DNA of 64,000 bases from a virus (Duplodnaviria > Caudoviricetes). Of the stretch, positions 41,420 to 51,567 are shown one piece after another. The translations under genes were made by a program, and so were the position numbers. Within the stretch, counting starts at the first letter, position 1. Each line of letters begins with the position of its first letter. The stretch is from IMG/VR virus record IMGVR_UViG_2902759955_000002, positions 96,001 through 160,000 of that record; one strand, 5' to 3'. The notes below the pieces were generated by a model. It was not told the DNA's origin, did no database searches, and was given only the letters and a program-made list of their open reading frames with translations.

Positions 41420-42622
41420 ATGAATACCGCCCCTACTTTTGACGTCCCTGCTTACAACGAAACCGATAACGACGCCCTGAGCACGGAGCTGTCGCACTTC
41501 GTCCTGGATCACGCTGATCATGAGCACAGCGTTCAGCTAATCGGCGAGATCGACGAATACCACACCCATGTCCTGCGGGCAGAGTCCGAGCTTCACCAGC
41601 TCCTCGTGCCGGCACTGGAGTCGGATGGCCAGACGATCGCGCGGGAAAACTTCATCGATACGCTGGGCGAGTACTGGCAGAAATTCCTGGCTTTTCTCAA
41701 GCAGCTTTGGGAGAAGATCGTCCAGTTCTGCATGCTCCACTTCACGATCCTCGGCCGCCGCCAGCTGTACGTGAAGCGCATGATCAAGCAGGTCAAGTCG
41801 CTCAGTACGAACCCCGAGGTCTACCAGCGGCTCCAAAAACAGGGCGATTTCACGATCGACGAAACCGCGGCGAAGTACTTCTGCTTCGAAGGCCACTACT
41901 GTTCGAACTTTGGTGAGCTCCAGCACGCGCTCGCCAAGACGGGGGAAGTCGTCACGTTCCTGACGGGCGACTATCCGAAGCGGGTCATCGCCTGTGGTGC
42001 GAAGATTGAAAACGCGATCCGCAGCGCCACGGTCGAAAACGCCAACGAGACGATGCAACAGCTCAAGGGCGAGCTGACTCGTATCGGCTATCACCGGATC
42101 GATGCCGGGATGCTGGGTGATGTGAGGGTGCGCTCCGGTTATACGGAGAACGAGCAGGGCGAAGATGCGAAGCTGACCGGACGGCAGGTGGTCTTCACAC
42201 AGGGCGACGCAAAAATCACGGGTGCCAGTTTCAAGCCCATGACGATCGAAGAGCTTGCCCGCATCTTCACGTCGATGGATCTGATGCTTGCCCAGATCGA
42301 TACCTTCAAGGGCGGACTGTACAAGGAAGTCGTCCAGCACTCCAGCTCGATGATTTCGGCCACGGACAAGTTCGTGAACATCGTCACGTCCTATCTGAAG
42401 TCGAACAAGTCGGAAGATGGGCAGCCCGGCAACGCCACGACGTACCGCGAGATCATGGGCCTGAACCGTCAGTATTTGAGTTGGGTGAAGGTGCCCCTAA
42501 CCGATCTCATCACCAATCTCACCGCTATCTGTCACGGCGTGAGCACGGGGATGGAAAAGAACATTCAGATGTACGCCCCCGAGCCCGCACAAAACCTCTT
42601 CACGGTCATCGGCATTGTCTGA
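41420..42622 (+). CDS. internal head/ejection protein
   Basis: acidic propeptide, PALES/ARE sites, amphipathic WQKFLAFLKQLWEKIVQF helix. Confidence 0.7.
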   Translation: MNTAPTFDVPAYNETDNDALSTELSHFVLDHADHEHSVQLIGEIDEYHTHVLRAESELHQLLVPALESDGQTIARENFIDTLGEYWQKFLAFLKQLWEKIVQFCMLHFTILGRRQLYVKRMIKQVKSLSTNPEVYQRLQKQGDFTIDETAAKYFCFEGHYCSNFGELQHALAKTGEVVTFLTGDYPKRVIACGAKIENAIRSATVENANETMQQLKGELTRIGYHRIDAGMLGDVRVRSGYTENEQGEDAKLTGRQVVFTQGDAKITGASFKPMTIEELARIFTSMDLMLAQIDTFKGGLYKEVVQHSSSMISATDKFVNIVTSYLKSNKSEDGQPGNATTYREIMGLNRQYLSWVKVPLTDLITNLTAICHGVSTGMEKNIQMYAPEPAQNLFTVIGIV

Positions 42623-42640
42623 CGCCTTCAGAACAAAGGA

Positions 42641-43318
42641 ATGAAAATGTCTCGTTCATTACTGGGCTTCGCCCTCTCTTCCATTGCGCTGGAGGAGGTC
42701 ATCAATGGTCGTCAGGCCAGCACGCACTTCACCGATGATTCGGTTCTGGCCGGCTCAGGCGGTGCCTGTGTTTTTGTCTTCTCGCAGATGTGCAAGCTTC
42801 GGTGCGGCGTCTTCCTCCGTGAACACAAGGACGGTATCCAGCAGGCGCGGGAAAGCAACAATCCCGGTCTCGTGAAGGAAATCGGACAGGTGATCAAGAC
42901 GCCTGCCGACACCTACCTGATGCTCTTCAGCAACGAGCTTCGCTCACGCCTGGATGCGGCCGAATTTGAAGCTGTCTATCAGCACGAGTGCGGACACATC
43001 TACCATCGCCACCTCGAGCAACGCCAGCAAGGTACGTACGACGAGTTCATTTCGCGCGAGCTGGAGGCGGATGCACATGCCGTCAAGACGGTGGACCCGG
43101 GCGTGATGATGTCGGGGCTGGAAAAGGCGCTCACATTCGGCACGGAGCAGCAGGTGTTGTGGTCCCAGGGCACGTCGAACTCTTTCATCCGCAAGCTCTT
43201 CGATAGTGACATTATCGACGCGCTCACGTTCAAGACCGTTTATGCGATGAACAAGGCGGCGCACATCCGTCGGTTCAAGACGCTTGAAGCCTTGAAGAAG
43301 CAAAAAAATAAGGAATAG
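42641..43318 (+). CDS. HExxH zinc metallopeptidase-like protein with N-terminal ALE site
   Basis: AVYQHECGH...RELEADAHA; SSIALEE. Confidence 0.7.
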   Translation: MKMSRSLLGFALSSIALEEVINGRQASTHFTDDSVLAGSGGACVFVFSQMCKLRCGVFLREHKDGIQQARESNNPGLVKEIGQVIKTPADTYLMLFSNELRSRLDAAEFEAVYQHECGHIYHRHLEQRQQGTYDEFISRELEADAHAVKTVDPGVMMSGLEKALTFGTEQQVLWSQGTSNSFIRKLFDSDIIDALTFKTVYAMNKAAHIRRFKTLEALKKQKNKE

Positions 43319-43351
43319 CGCAGTGCGGGGATATCCCCCCGCGCCGCGATG

Positions 43352-43501
43352 TCATTCCTTATCGTCACTCTCTTCCTTCCTTTTTTCTGCCGGCTCTGCA
43401 TGGTCGCCCGTTTCCGGGTTTTGCACGATGTAGTCCGGTCTGAAACCCAACGACTTTTGATACTGGAACCACCTTTCAAGTAGTAACGCTTTGAGGGACA
43501 T
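43352..43501 (-). CDS. 49-aa small protein absent from the ORF track
   Basis: MSLKALLLERWFQYQKSLGFRPDY...; GGAG RBS, upstream promoter motif, downstream hairpin. Confidence 0.6.
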   Translation of the reverse strand: MSLKALLLERWFQYQKSLGFRPDYIVQNPETGDHAEPAEKRKEESDDKE

Positions 43502-43559
43502 GATCCGACTCCGGTGAGGTTCATCAACTTAGTGATATGTATCTTCAAAAAGTTGAGAT

Positions 43560-45665
43560 ATGTTTTCTGCACTCAGAAGGTTAATTGGCCTCATCGAGGT
43601 CAGCGAGCAAGGCGATCTCATCAAGGTCTCCGGTCTGCCTGGCGACTCGGTCGCGGCGACCATCAATGAAGTCTGGGGCACGAGCAAGATCGTCGCCAAT
43701 ATGTTCTCGAAGGTGTCAGCCTCCGACATCACGTTCAACAAGTGGTTTGCCCCGGACGTGGTCTATTGCTTCGCGCGTATTGTCGCCGAGAAGCGCAAGG
43801 GCCACAACATCCGCGCGCTGAAGAAGGTCATCACCGGCATCTACGAAAACACGTGGATGAAGCAGACCCTCATCAAGCACCCAGATATTCTGGACTTCAA
43901 CCAGCTACACCAGCTGGAGTGGAGCCCGCTTGATCACCAGATGAACTTCTTCAAGTGGTTCAACGAAATGCTGCCGCGCTTTGGTCTGAAGGGCGCAATG
44001 TTGGGTGCGGGTCCTGGTACAGGAAAGACCTTTATGGGCATTGCATTGAGCCTGATGCTCCATGCCGATGTTGTCATCATCGTCTGCCCAAGCCGGGCGG
44101 TGAAGAAGGTTTGGGAAGACACGATTTCTACCCAGTTCAAGCGCATCCCCAAATACTGGCACTCGCAGATGGGGACGGCGCCGACTCCTGGCAAGCAGTA
44201 CTACATCGTGCACTACGATTCGCCCGAATCGCTACAGCGCTTCATGGTGTTTGCCAAGACCCAGCACTGGCACCGGCCGGTGATCCTGCTTGATGAGTCG
44301 CACGGCATGAATGAGGAGATGGCGCTGCGTACGGACCTCTTCATCCAGCTCGTGGTCCAGACGCGCTGCCAGTATGTGCTGTGGGAGTCAGGGACGCCAG
44401 TGAAGGCATTGGGTGGGGAGATGGCGCCGCTCTTTCGCACCATTGATGCGATGTTTGATCCAGATGCCCAGGAGCGCTTCCGGGCGATCTACGGCAAGGC
44501 CAGTTCGCGCGCGAACGACATCCTCTCGCACCGTCTGGGGAAGGTCACCTACAAGGTCGACAGCAACCAGGTCGTGACGATTTCGACGCACCACCATCCA
44601 ACACCGGTGGTGATTCCGAACGGCAACGACTATACGCTCCAGTCGATCAGGAACGAGATGCGGGCTTTCATTGCGGAGCGGGTCAAGCACTATTCGGGGA
44701 ATATGCGGCAGTACGAGCGCATGTTCGAAGGAGCGTTGAGCCACTTCTACCGGTCGCTGGTGACTTCGCAACAGAAGGATGACTTCAAGCAGTACGAGAA
44801 GTACATCAAGATGATCAAGCGGGGCTATGACCCGAAGCTGCACAAGGCCGAAGCCGCGTGGTGCAACAAGTACGAGAAGCAGGTCATCATGCCGGGCCTG
44901 CCCAAGCCGTACCGGGAGGAATTCAAAGAGTCGAAGTCGGTGGTCAAGTATTACAAGTTGAAAGTGCAGGGCGAAGCCTTGGGCCAGATCTTGGGTCGCA
45001 AGCGGGCCCAATGCATCATGGACATGGTGCCGCACATGGGGCTTGAGAAGATCATCGACGATGGCTTGAAGAAGACCCTGATGTTCACGAGCTACGTCGG
45101 CGTGGTCGATGCGGCCGCCGACTACCTGAAGCAGCGCGGCTACAAGCCGCTTCGGGTCTACGGCGAAACGAATAACGAGCTGGCCAGCATGGTGACCGAG
45201 TTCGGCCGCGATGAAGATGCCAACCCGATGATCGCCACCTATCAGTCGCTTTCATCCGCTGTTCCGCTGGTCATGGCCAACACCATGGCCATGGCCAACT
45301 CCCCGTTCCGCTCCTTCGAATACGACCAAGCGGTCGCCCGCTGTAAGCGTCTGGGGCAGGACGAGGACGTGAACGTCTTCGACATGGTGCTCGACACCGG
45401 CCAAGAGCCCAACATCTCCAGCCGCACGATCGACATCATGAACTGGAGCCGGGAGCAGGTCGATGCCTTACTGGGCTTCGAGAACACGCCCCTGATCGCA
45501 GCAGAAAGCGCTGACGGAATCATCGCCCTCTTTGAGCACCACATCGCTCACGAGGACATCGTGGATCAGGAGTTCGACGAGGAGATGATGGCGCTTGAAG
45601 GGGTGCAGGACTACACCTATTCGATGCGTCGGGAGCCCGCTTGGGCGCAATGGGCGAGCCGGTAA
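43560..45665 (+). CDS. SF2 (SNF2/DEAD-like) helicase
   Basis: GPGTGKT, LLDESH, SGTP, QAVARCKRLGQ. Confidence 0.88.
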   Translation: MFSALRRLIGLIEVSEQGDLIKVSGLPGDSVAATINEVWGTSKIVANMFSKVSASDITFNKWFAPDVVYCFARIVAEKRKGHNIRALKKVITGIYENTWMKQTLIKHPDILDFNQLHQLEWSPLDHQMNFFKWFNEMLPRFGLKGAMLGAGPGTGKTFMGIALSLMLHADVVIIVCPSRAVKKVWEDTISTQFKRIPKYWHSQMGTAPTPGKQYYIVHYDSPESLQRFMVFAKTQHWHRPVILLDESHGMNEEMALRTDLFIQLVVQTRCQYVLWESGTPVKALGGEMAPLFRTIDAMFDPDAQERFRAIYGKASSRANDILSHRLGKVTYKVDSNQVVTISTHHHPTPVVIPNGNDYTLQSIRNEMRAFIAERVKHYSGNMRQYERMFEGALSHFYRSLVTSQQKDDFKQYEKYIKMIKRGYDPKLHKAEAAWCNKYEKQVIMPGLPKPYREEFKESKSVVKYYKLKVQGEALGQILGRKRAQCIMDMVPHMGLEKIIDDGLKKTLMFTSYVGVVDAAADYLKQRGYKPLRVYGETNNELASMVTEFGRDEDANPMIATYQSLSSAVPLVMANTMAMANSPFRSFEYDQAVARCKRLGQDEDVNVFDMVLDTGQEPNISSRTIDIMNWSREQVDALLGFENTPLIAAESADGIIALFEHHIAHEDIVDQEFDEEMMALEGVQDYTYSMRREPAWAQWASR

Positions 45666-45677
45666 GCTGGCCGTCAG

Positions 45678-45989
45678 CTACTTCTTGCCCTTGGCTAACA
45701 CCAGGGTGGTGAACACTGCCGTGGCGATGGTGGTGCCCACCTTCAGCGCCGCCTTGCCCACCTCTGCCGCGACATTGCCGGCCGTCTCCGTGCAGTCAGG
45801 GCACAGCTCGTGATCGTAGACCGCGGTTCCCTTGGCAAAGTCGTGACATCCGGGTGTGCGACAGACATAGAGGGGCTCACTGCATTCGGGGCATTTCAGC
45901 TTGTCCCGACGCACGGTGTTTTCTTCCACGATCTCAGGCGTCACGGCCTGATTGCAGAATGGGCATTTTCCTTTTTGTTTCGTTGGCAT
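45678..45989 (-). CDS. zinc-ribbon protein with C-terminal hydrophobic helix
   Basis: CPFC, CPEC, CRTPGC, CPDC. Confidence 0.7.
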   Translation of the reverse strand: MPTKQKGKCPFCNQAVTPEIVEENTVRRDKLKCPECSEPLYVCRTPGCHDFAKGTAVYDHELCPDCTETAGNVAAEVGKAALKVGTTIATAVFTTLVLAKGKK

Positions 45990-46210
45990 GGTCGAACCCG
46001 CGAATGGATTTTGTTGTTTTGGACCGGTCTATTAGCGCCGGCGCCTCGGTCCGGAATATACACGAGAGACGCACCACCATAACGACAGTCTTGGCGCTTT
46101 CTTTAAGACGCCAAGTTACCACGCATAACTTTACGAATCGCCTTCGGACTCGGTTAATTCTTTGAGCGTTTCGTCTCATCCATTCAACGAAATCCCGGAA
46201 CCCAAAAAAA

Positions 46211-47557
46211 ATGAATATCTTGCGTATGGCGCTGGAAAGCAGCGACAAGCCCGTCGACGAAACGCTCGACATGAGCGTGCCCGAGGGCGACGATCAGTGG
46301 CTGGCGGCCAATGCGGCCGCAGTGGACGATGCGTTCGAAGCGAACGAAGACGTGGCGATCGCAGCGGAAGCCATTTTCGCCTATCACGACCAGTTGGCCG
46401 ACATGGTTGCTGCCAAGAAGACCAACCCGGTCGTGACGGGTCTGATCCTGCACGGCGTGAACCGTGAACTGACGTCGCTGGGTCTGGAAGCGATCGCCTT
46501 GCCGGCACTGGAAAGCGAATCGGAACTGGACGCGCAGAAGCAGGCAGAGCTGGCGTTGGAAGGGATTGCCACGTCGCTGAAGACCTACTTCTTCCAGGAC
46601 GTCGTGATCCACTTCAAGCACTGGAAGGACATCGTGCTGGATTCGTTCAAGGGTATCGGCTCGAAGGTGTCGAAGTACGAGCAGAAGACGGCCGAGAACA
46701 AGCGCGAATTCGAAGCGAAGCGCCACGAGTTGCGCGGCGGCACGGAAGTGAACCTGCACGGTCTGTGGTACTTCTTCACGACCCAGCAAGGTCAGCCGGG
46801 CAACTTCATGGGCGCACTGTCGAAAGACTTGGGCATGTCGACCTACGTGTTGACGAAGTACCCGGTGGCCGTGATCCAGGAAATGGAAAAGCTCGCACAG
46901 GCTGTGCGTTCGGGTAGCGCCAAGTCGCCGGCCAGCATGCAGCAGCTGGTGAAGAAGGTCGAAGCCCTGAAGTCGCCGACCGAACTGTTCGAGTCGTCGT
47001 TCCTCGGTGAAGGCAAGTTTTTCAACGTGACGGGCCTGCATAAGGGCGAGCACGCCGTCGGTGGTTCGCGTCTGGATCAGATGAGCCGCCACGGCGCTGT
47101 CACCATGAAGACTTCGGGTTCGCACAAGCTGGCCAAGGGCGCGATGTTCGCGATGCGTCAGGTGGGCAAGGGCGTGGGTATCGGCCCGCTGAATGTCAAG
47201 CAGATCGCCAACATCAGTTCGGTCTCGGCCTCGGAAGAAGTCAAGCTGTCCGAGCGCGATGTGGCCGACGTGTTCGATGCGGCGCAGACCTACTGTGACA
47301 ACGTGAAGTTCTACCTGGGTCTGGACGACAAGTTCGCAAAGGCAACCGACAGCCTCGGTGCTGCGATGGCTGCGCTTGCGCAAACCGCCGGCGACAACCA
47401 CGATCGGGACACCGCGATGCTGGGTGAACGAATCGAAGCGTATGGTCGCACCCTGACGCGCGCGTTCCAGAGCCCGGCCCTGCAGGAAGCGTCGCGCTCG
47501 CTGCGCGGTAGCAAGTACTGCAACTACTTCGGCCTTCGCGCCATCTTCAACGCGTAA
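46211..47557 (+). CDS. internal head protein (phiKZ gp93-97-like)
   Basis: acidic propeptide with MALES, PALES, LALEG. Confidence 0.72.
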   Translation: MNILRMALESSDKPVDETLDMSVPEGDDQWLAANAAAVDDAFEANEDVAIAAEAIFAYHDQLADMVAAKKTNPVVTGLILHGVNRELTSLGLEAIALPALESESELDAQKQAELALEGIATSLKTYFFQDVVIHFKHWKDIVLDSFKGIGSKVSKYEQKTAENKREFEAKRHELRGGTEVNLHGLWYFFTTQQGQPGNFMGALSKDLGMSTYVLTKYPVAVIQEMEKLAQAVRSGSAKSPASMQQLVKKVEALKSPTELFESSFLGEGKFFNVTGLHKGEHAVGGSRLDQMSRHGAVTMKTSGSHKLAKGAMFAMRQVGKGVGIGPLNVKQIANISSVSASEEVKLSERDVADVFDAAQTYCDNVKFYLGLDDKFAKATDSLGAAMAALAQTAGDNHDRDTAMLGERIEAYGRTLTRAFQSPALQEASRSLRGSKYCNYFGLRAIFNA

Positions 47558-47575
47558 ATAACGCGTGGTCCATCC

Positions 47576-47611
47576 AGGGAGACAGGGGCTTCGGCTCCTG
47601 TCTCCTTTTTC
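47576..47611 (+). terminator. intrinsic terminator
   Basis: GGAGACAGGGGC-TTCG-GCTCCTGTCTCC-TTTTT. Confidence 0.85.
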
Positions 47612-47629
47612 ATTTGTCTGGGAAAAGCA

Positions 47630-48898
47630 ATGAACACACAAACCGTGTCGGCCGACAGGGAGCTGTTGGCGTTGGAGGGCGAGATTGGCACGCTGCTGGC
47701 GGTCCGGTCCCAGATGCTCGCGCAGGGCTTCACGACCCACTTGGCACTCGAAGCCGACCAGCATCTTGGCGGCAGCCAGTACGCAAGCCTCGCCTTCTCG
47801 GGCAAGACCCGAAGCGTGAAGCTCCAGATCGCCATCGAAGGGATCACCACCACGGTGTGGGACGGCATCAAGAAGATGTTCCGTAAGCTGAGCGAGCTGA
47901 TCAAACGCTTCGTTGCCTGGTTCAAGGGCGATGGCAAGAAGTTCGATGCTGCGCACCTGCAAGGTGTGGATGCTGCGGCCAAAGCCGTGTCGGACAGGAT
48001 CCTGCAGCTGGACCGCATCATCAAGTCGCCGGAGCTGCGCATGCGCTTCGAAGAGACGCTCAATAGCGAACTCTCGGGCACGATGCCGCAGTCGGTGCGT
48101 GCCATGCTCGATGCGAACTCGAAGTACAGCGAAGCCATGACGGCGCTCTCGGGCGCCTTCGATCAGGGCGACTATTTGCAGATCGTCGAGAAGGGTGTGG
48201 CAGAAGTGATTGCGTGGTTCAACAGTCACCAGTCCAAGGCCCAGACCATGGATGCGACTACCGAGACCAGTCACAACGATCTGGAAGGCTTCGCGAAATC
48301 CATCCAGTCGATGGGAGGGGCTGCTGAGACCGCTGAGAACCCGCTACCAGCCCGCGGCGCGGGTCAGTCACTGCAACTTACCAAGTCGCGGTACGAAGCG
48401 CTCAAAGAGGCCAAAACCTCAATCAGTAGCGGTCAGTATGCAGCCGTGCCGCGCGAGATCGGTGGCTTGCTCAAGGTGGTGCTGGAAGCCCAGGGTCGTA
48501 TCAAGATCACGGCGGCCGCCAATGTGATGCGCACTGCGCAGAACACGCTCGCCGACATGCAGAAGCATCTGGACACGATCAACCAGTCAGCCGAACGGCT
48601 GGCCGGGGAAGCAGGCGATGGCAAACATCACGGCGCCCAGATTGCATTGACGCACGCCTACTCCGCGCACCTGCGTGAACTGATCAGCCAGTTCCACACG
48701 GTGCTCTCCGCCCACGACTTCCTCTACGAGGTCTGGATCGAGACGCAGAAGGAAAGCCTCAAGATCTGGACGCAGATCTTCAAGATCTACGACAGCGTCG
48801 TGCCCGATGAAGCCATGTCGGATGCCGCCCGCACGGACCGTGCCGAAATCGAGAAGCAGGCCAAGGCCTCGCTGAAAGTGTTCGCTTCGGCGATCTAA
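47630..48898 (+). CDS. internal head/ejection protein paralog
   Basis: ALEG, ALEAD, AIEG, then WDGIKKMFRKL..LIKRFVAWF. Confidence 0.72.
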   Translation: MNTQTVSADRELLALEGEIGTLLAVRSQMLAQGFTTHLALEADQHLGGSQYASLAFSGKTRSVKLQIAIEGITTTVWDGIKKMFRKLSELIKRFVAWFKGDGKKFDAAHLQGVDAAAKAVSDRILQLDRIIKSPELRMRFEETLNSELSGTMPQSVRAMLDANSKYSEAMTALSGAFDQGDYLQIVEKGVAEVIAWFNSHQSKAQTMDATTETSHNDLEGFAKSIQSMGGAAETAENPLPARGAGQSLQLTKSRYEALKEAKTSISSGQYAAVPREIGGLLKVVLEAQGRIKITAAANVMRTAQNTLADMQKHLDTINQSAERLAGEAGDGKHHGAQIALTHAYSAHLRELISQFHTVLSAHDFLYEVWIETQKESLKIWTQIFKIYDSVVPDEAMSDAARTDRAEIEKQAKASLKVFASAI

Positions 48899-48908
48899 GG
48901 GGAAACAC

Positions 48909-50228
48909 ATGCTACCGGTATTAGCAACAGGTGAGTTTCTCGCGCTCGAGGCGGAGATCCAGACACTGACGCAGGTGCGGGAGCGTCTGGTGACGGCGGG
49001 CGGCTTTGACATGCGAATCGCCATGGAGGCAGACGCATTGATGGGCTCGTCGGATCTAACGCGTTTGGCGTTCGAACGACGGCATAAGTCCGAGAAGCTG
49101 CGTGTGGCGCTGGAAGGAATCGGTGCCCGGATCTGGGAGGCCATCAAGGCGTTCTTCAAGAAGATCGGGGAATGGATTCGGAAGGCCATCGACTTCCTCT
49201 TTGGCAAGCGCGGCGTGAGCGAAGAGAAAGTCAAGGAGTTCGAGCAGACAGCTGAGGAATTCGAAGCCGGTATGAACGAGTTCAACGACGGGCTTCAGCA
49301 GATGACGCGCGAGGTTCACGCGGACAACACGACGGACGACCTTCTGAAGGAAGCCATCGCTTCGTTTGAGTCCGGCATGTCAGGTCCGATCAAAGCAGTG
49401 ATTTCCGGCGGACCGGGAGTGCTGAGCCCCTACAACAAGGCAGTGTTGCATCTGGTGATCAGAATGCGAGACGATCCTGTTCAGATGGTCGGAAAGAGGC
49501 TCCGGTACATGGAGGAGTGGCTGGAGAAAGCGTGGCAGGTAGCGAGCAAATACGACGCGGATGTCGACGGACTTTCGTCTCCGTCAAACAGCGAGACCGT
49601 AACGGACGCCATCAACCACCTGAAGAAGGTCAACGACGCCGCTATCCGAGCCGACTACAGCCACGATGTCGGCCGCGGGTTGCTGAGCGATCCTGAGCTC
49701 GTCAAAGAGGAGATCAAGACGATCGGGGACATCCGGTCGTCGCCGCCAAGCAACGCTTCTGGCTCCCTGCGTGGGAACGTGAAGATTGTTACGCGCCGCA
49801 TTGCTGAGATTCTGGAGGACGCGTACGTCAAGCTCGGAGGCAACCTCGACAAGACGCTCGCGGAGTTCAAGCGACTCGGAGCCAATTTCGATAAGTTCAA
49901 GGATCGCCTCGAGAACAAGCTGAAAGAAGCGCAGGCGGACCAGCAGCATGCTGCGCGGGAGAAAGTCGTCAACCTGTTGATGGATGGCTGCCGGAAGTTC
50001 GCCGAGGAAGTGCAACTGATCACGGCAGCTCTCATGACCATCACGACGCACTACCGGGACTCGCTGGATGCCGTCCTGGCATTGCAGAAGATGCTCATTG
50101 AGACCTTCGGTAAGGCTCTTTCCCATACCGACGTGAAGGGCACGAAGTTCGCTGCCGGCCTCGAAGAGAAATTGGGCCGCGCCAAGGCGGCGCATGCTGA
50201 AGCCCAGAAGATCCGCGCCAGTATCTAG
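48909..50228 (+). CDS. internal head/ejection protein paralog
   Basis: ALEA, AMEAD, ALEG, then WEAIKAFFKKIGEWIRK; N-terminal ~100 aa align with the previous gene. Confidence 0.72.
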   Translation: MLPVLATGEFLALEAEIQTLTQVRERLVTAGGFDMRIAMEADALMGSSDLTRLAFERRHKSEKLRVALEGIGARIWEAIKAFFKKIGEWIRKAIDFLFGKRGVSEEKVKEFEQTAEEFEAGMNEFNDGLQQMTREVHADNTTDDLLKEAIASFESGMSGPIKAVISGGPGVLSPYNKAVLHLVIRMRDDPVQMVGKRLRYMEEWLEKAWQVASKYDADVDGLSSPSNSETVTDAINHLKKVNDAAIRADYSHDVGRGLLSDPELVKEEIKTIGDIRSSPPSNASGSLRGNVKIVTRRIAEILEDAYVKLGGNLDKTLAEFKRLGANFDKFKDRLENKLKEAQADQQHAAREKVVNLLMDGCRKFAEEVQLITAALMTITTHYRDSLDAVLALQKMLIETFGKALSHTDVKGTKFAAGLEEKLGRAKAAHAEAQKIRASI

Positions 50229-50247
50229 GCCAAAAAAAGAAAGACGA

Positions 50248-50286
50248 ACATAGTGCCCAGCCCCTGAAGGGCTGGGCTTTATGCTG
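50248..50286. terminator. bidirectional hairpin with CATA/TATG flanks
   Basis: ACATAGT-GCCCAGCCC-CTGAA-GGGCTGGGC-TTTATGCTG. Confidence 0.75.
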
Positions 50287-50405
50287 CATTGCAACGTAGA
50301 TCATTTATTTTACGTCAAATTGAAGGTGTAAGTAATACAACGTAAAACGGTAGATTCCTACCGTTTTACGAGGGCAACACGACATTACTCGGATAATGTC
50401 GGGTA

Positions 50406-51263
50406 TCAAGCGGCTTCCTGCATCGTCGACCGCGCAGGGGTCGGCGCAGGGTCTTTTTCCTTGAAGGACCCGATGCCATCCAGCAATTGCCTGAACGTCT
50501 TCTCCATCCGGCGCTGCTGCAGCTTCTTGGGCCAGCCCGCTATGAAGAACGGCGGGGTGTACCAGGTGTCCCATTGCTCGAGCGTCAGGGCGTTGCCGTG
50601 GACGATCGTGGCCGCCACCCCCAGTAGCGAAAGCTGGACGTAAGCCATGTGGACACAACGGGGATCGATGTCGATACAGACGGCGTGCATGTGTTGCGGG
50701 TAGTTGAGACCGACCTGATGCATGGCGTCGGCCGTGGCCACCACCATGCCGGCCGATCCACAGGCAGGCTCATGCAGTTCGATGAAACCCTGCTCGCGGA
50801 TGCTCTTGCCGTCCCCGATCGTCATCTGGGCCATCATGAAACTCACCGTGTACGGGGTGAAGAACTGACCCGCCCGGTCACTGCCGAGCTCCAGTTCCAT
50901 GTAGATCTCACCCAGCACGTCCCCCAGCCCCTGCATCCGGTACTTGGCCATCCCTGGCTGCCCGTTCTGTTCGATGCGGTCCTGATAGAGCTGCTGCAGG
51001 TGCGCAAACATCTTCGCGAGCCGGTTCAGTTCCTCCTTGGTGTACTTGCCGATGATTTCGAAGTAACGCTTCTCCCGCCGATCGAACTCACTCAGGTGGA
51101 ACTTGTTGGAGAGCGCGATCGCCGAAATCTCGATGAAGTCACTGAAGACATTGAAGAGACTGTGGCGAAGGGAGAATTCCCGCATGGCCTTGATCAGCTC
51201 GCCGCGGTGCGGCTCCACCCAGTTACGAGAGGCGCTGAGCTTCTGTTTGGCTCTTTTGCTCAT
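50406..51263 (-). CDS. N-6 DNA methylase-like protein of the ICE/plasmid type
   Basis: DVLGEIY, GQFFTPY, EPACGSAGM, DIDP, HGNAL; no NPPY/F motif. Confidence 0.75.
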   Translation of the reverse strand: MSKRAKQKLSASRNWVEPHRGELIKAMREFSLRHSLFNVFSDFIEISAIALSNKFHLSEFDRREKRYFEIIGKYTKEELNRLAKMFAHLQQLYQDRIEQNGQPGMAKYRMQGLGDVLGEIYMELELGSDRAGQFFTPYTVSFMMAQMTIGDGKSIREQGFIELHEPACGSAGMVVATADAMHQVGLNYPQHMHAVCIDIDPRCVHMAYVQLSLLGVAATIVHGNALTLEQWDTWYTPPFFIAGWPKKLQQRRMEKTFRQLLDGIGSFKEKDPAPTPARSTMQEAA

Positions 51264-51555
51264 GGCTGATCTCCAGGGGTTTCGACAGACGCTCACAGAT
51301 CGCGAGCAGGTCGCCGTAGGTCGAGAGGGTGGAATCGAGTTCGTGCGTCTTGCAGAGGAAAGCCATCTGGTGGACGATCAGCCGAATGGCCGGGTCATCG
51401 CAGACGCCCTGCGTGCCGAGGCTTTCCTGATGGCACTGGTTGATAGCGCGCACGAGAGCGCGGGATACCCCACTGAGGTTGCTGGCGCCGGCCGTGATGG
51501 CCAAGGCGTCTGAGTGCCGATTGCGCGCGACAATCGACATGTCGTTGATGCTCAT
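51223..51555 (-). CDS. hypothetical protein
   Basis: GAGG RBS, 110 aa. Confidence 0.6.
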   Translation of the reverse strand: MSINDMSIVARNRHSDALAITAGASNLSGVSRALVRAINQCHQESLGTQGVCDDPAIRLIVHQMAFLCKTHELDSTLSTYGDLLAICERLSKPLEISHEQKSQTEAQRLS

Positions 51556-51567
51556 TGTGTTTCCTCG

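Noticed and set aside
46184-48274. 696-aa minus-strand ORF, and similar long antisense ORFs at 13520, 20686, 28834 and 39299
   Set aside because: They overlap well-supported genes on the other strand, as expected in GC-rich DNA.
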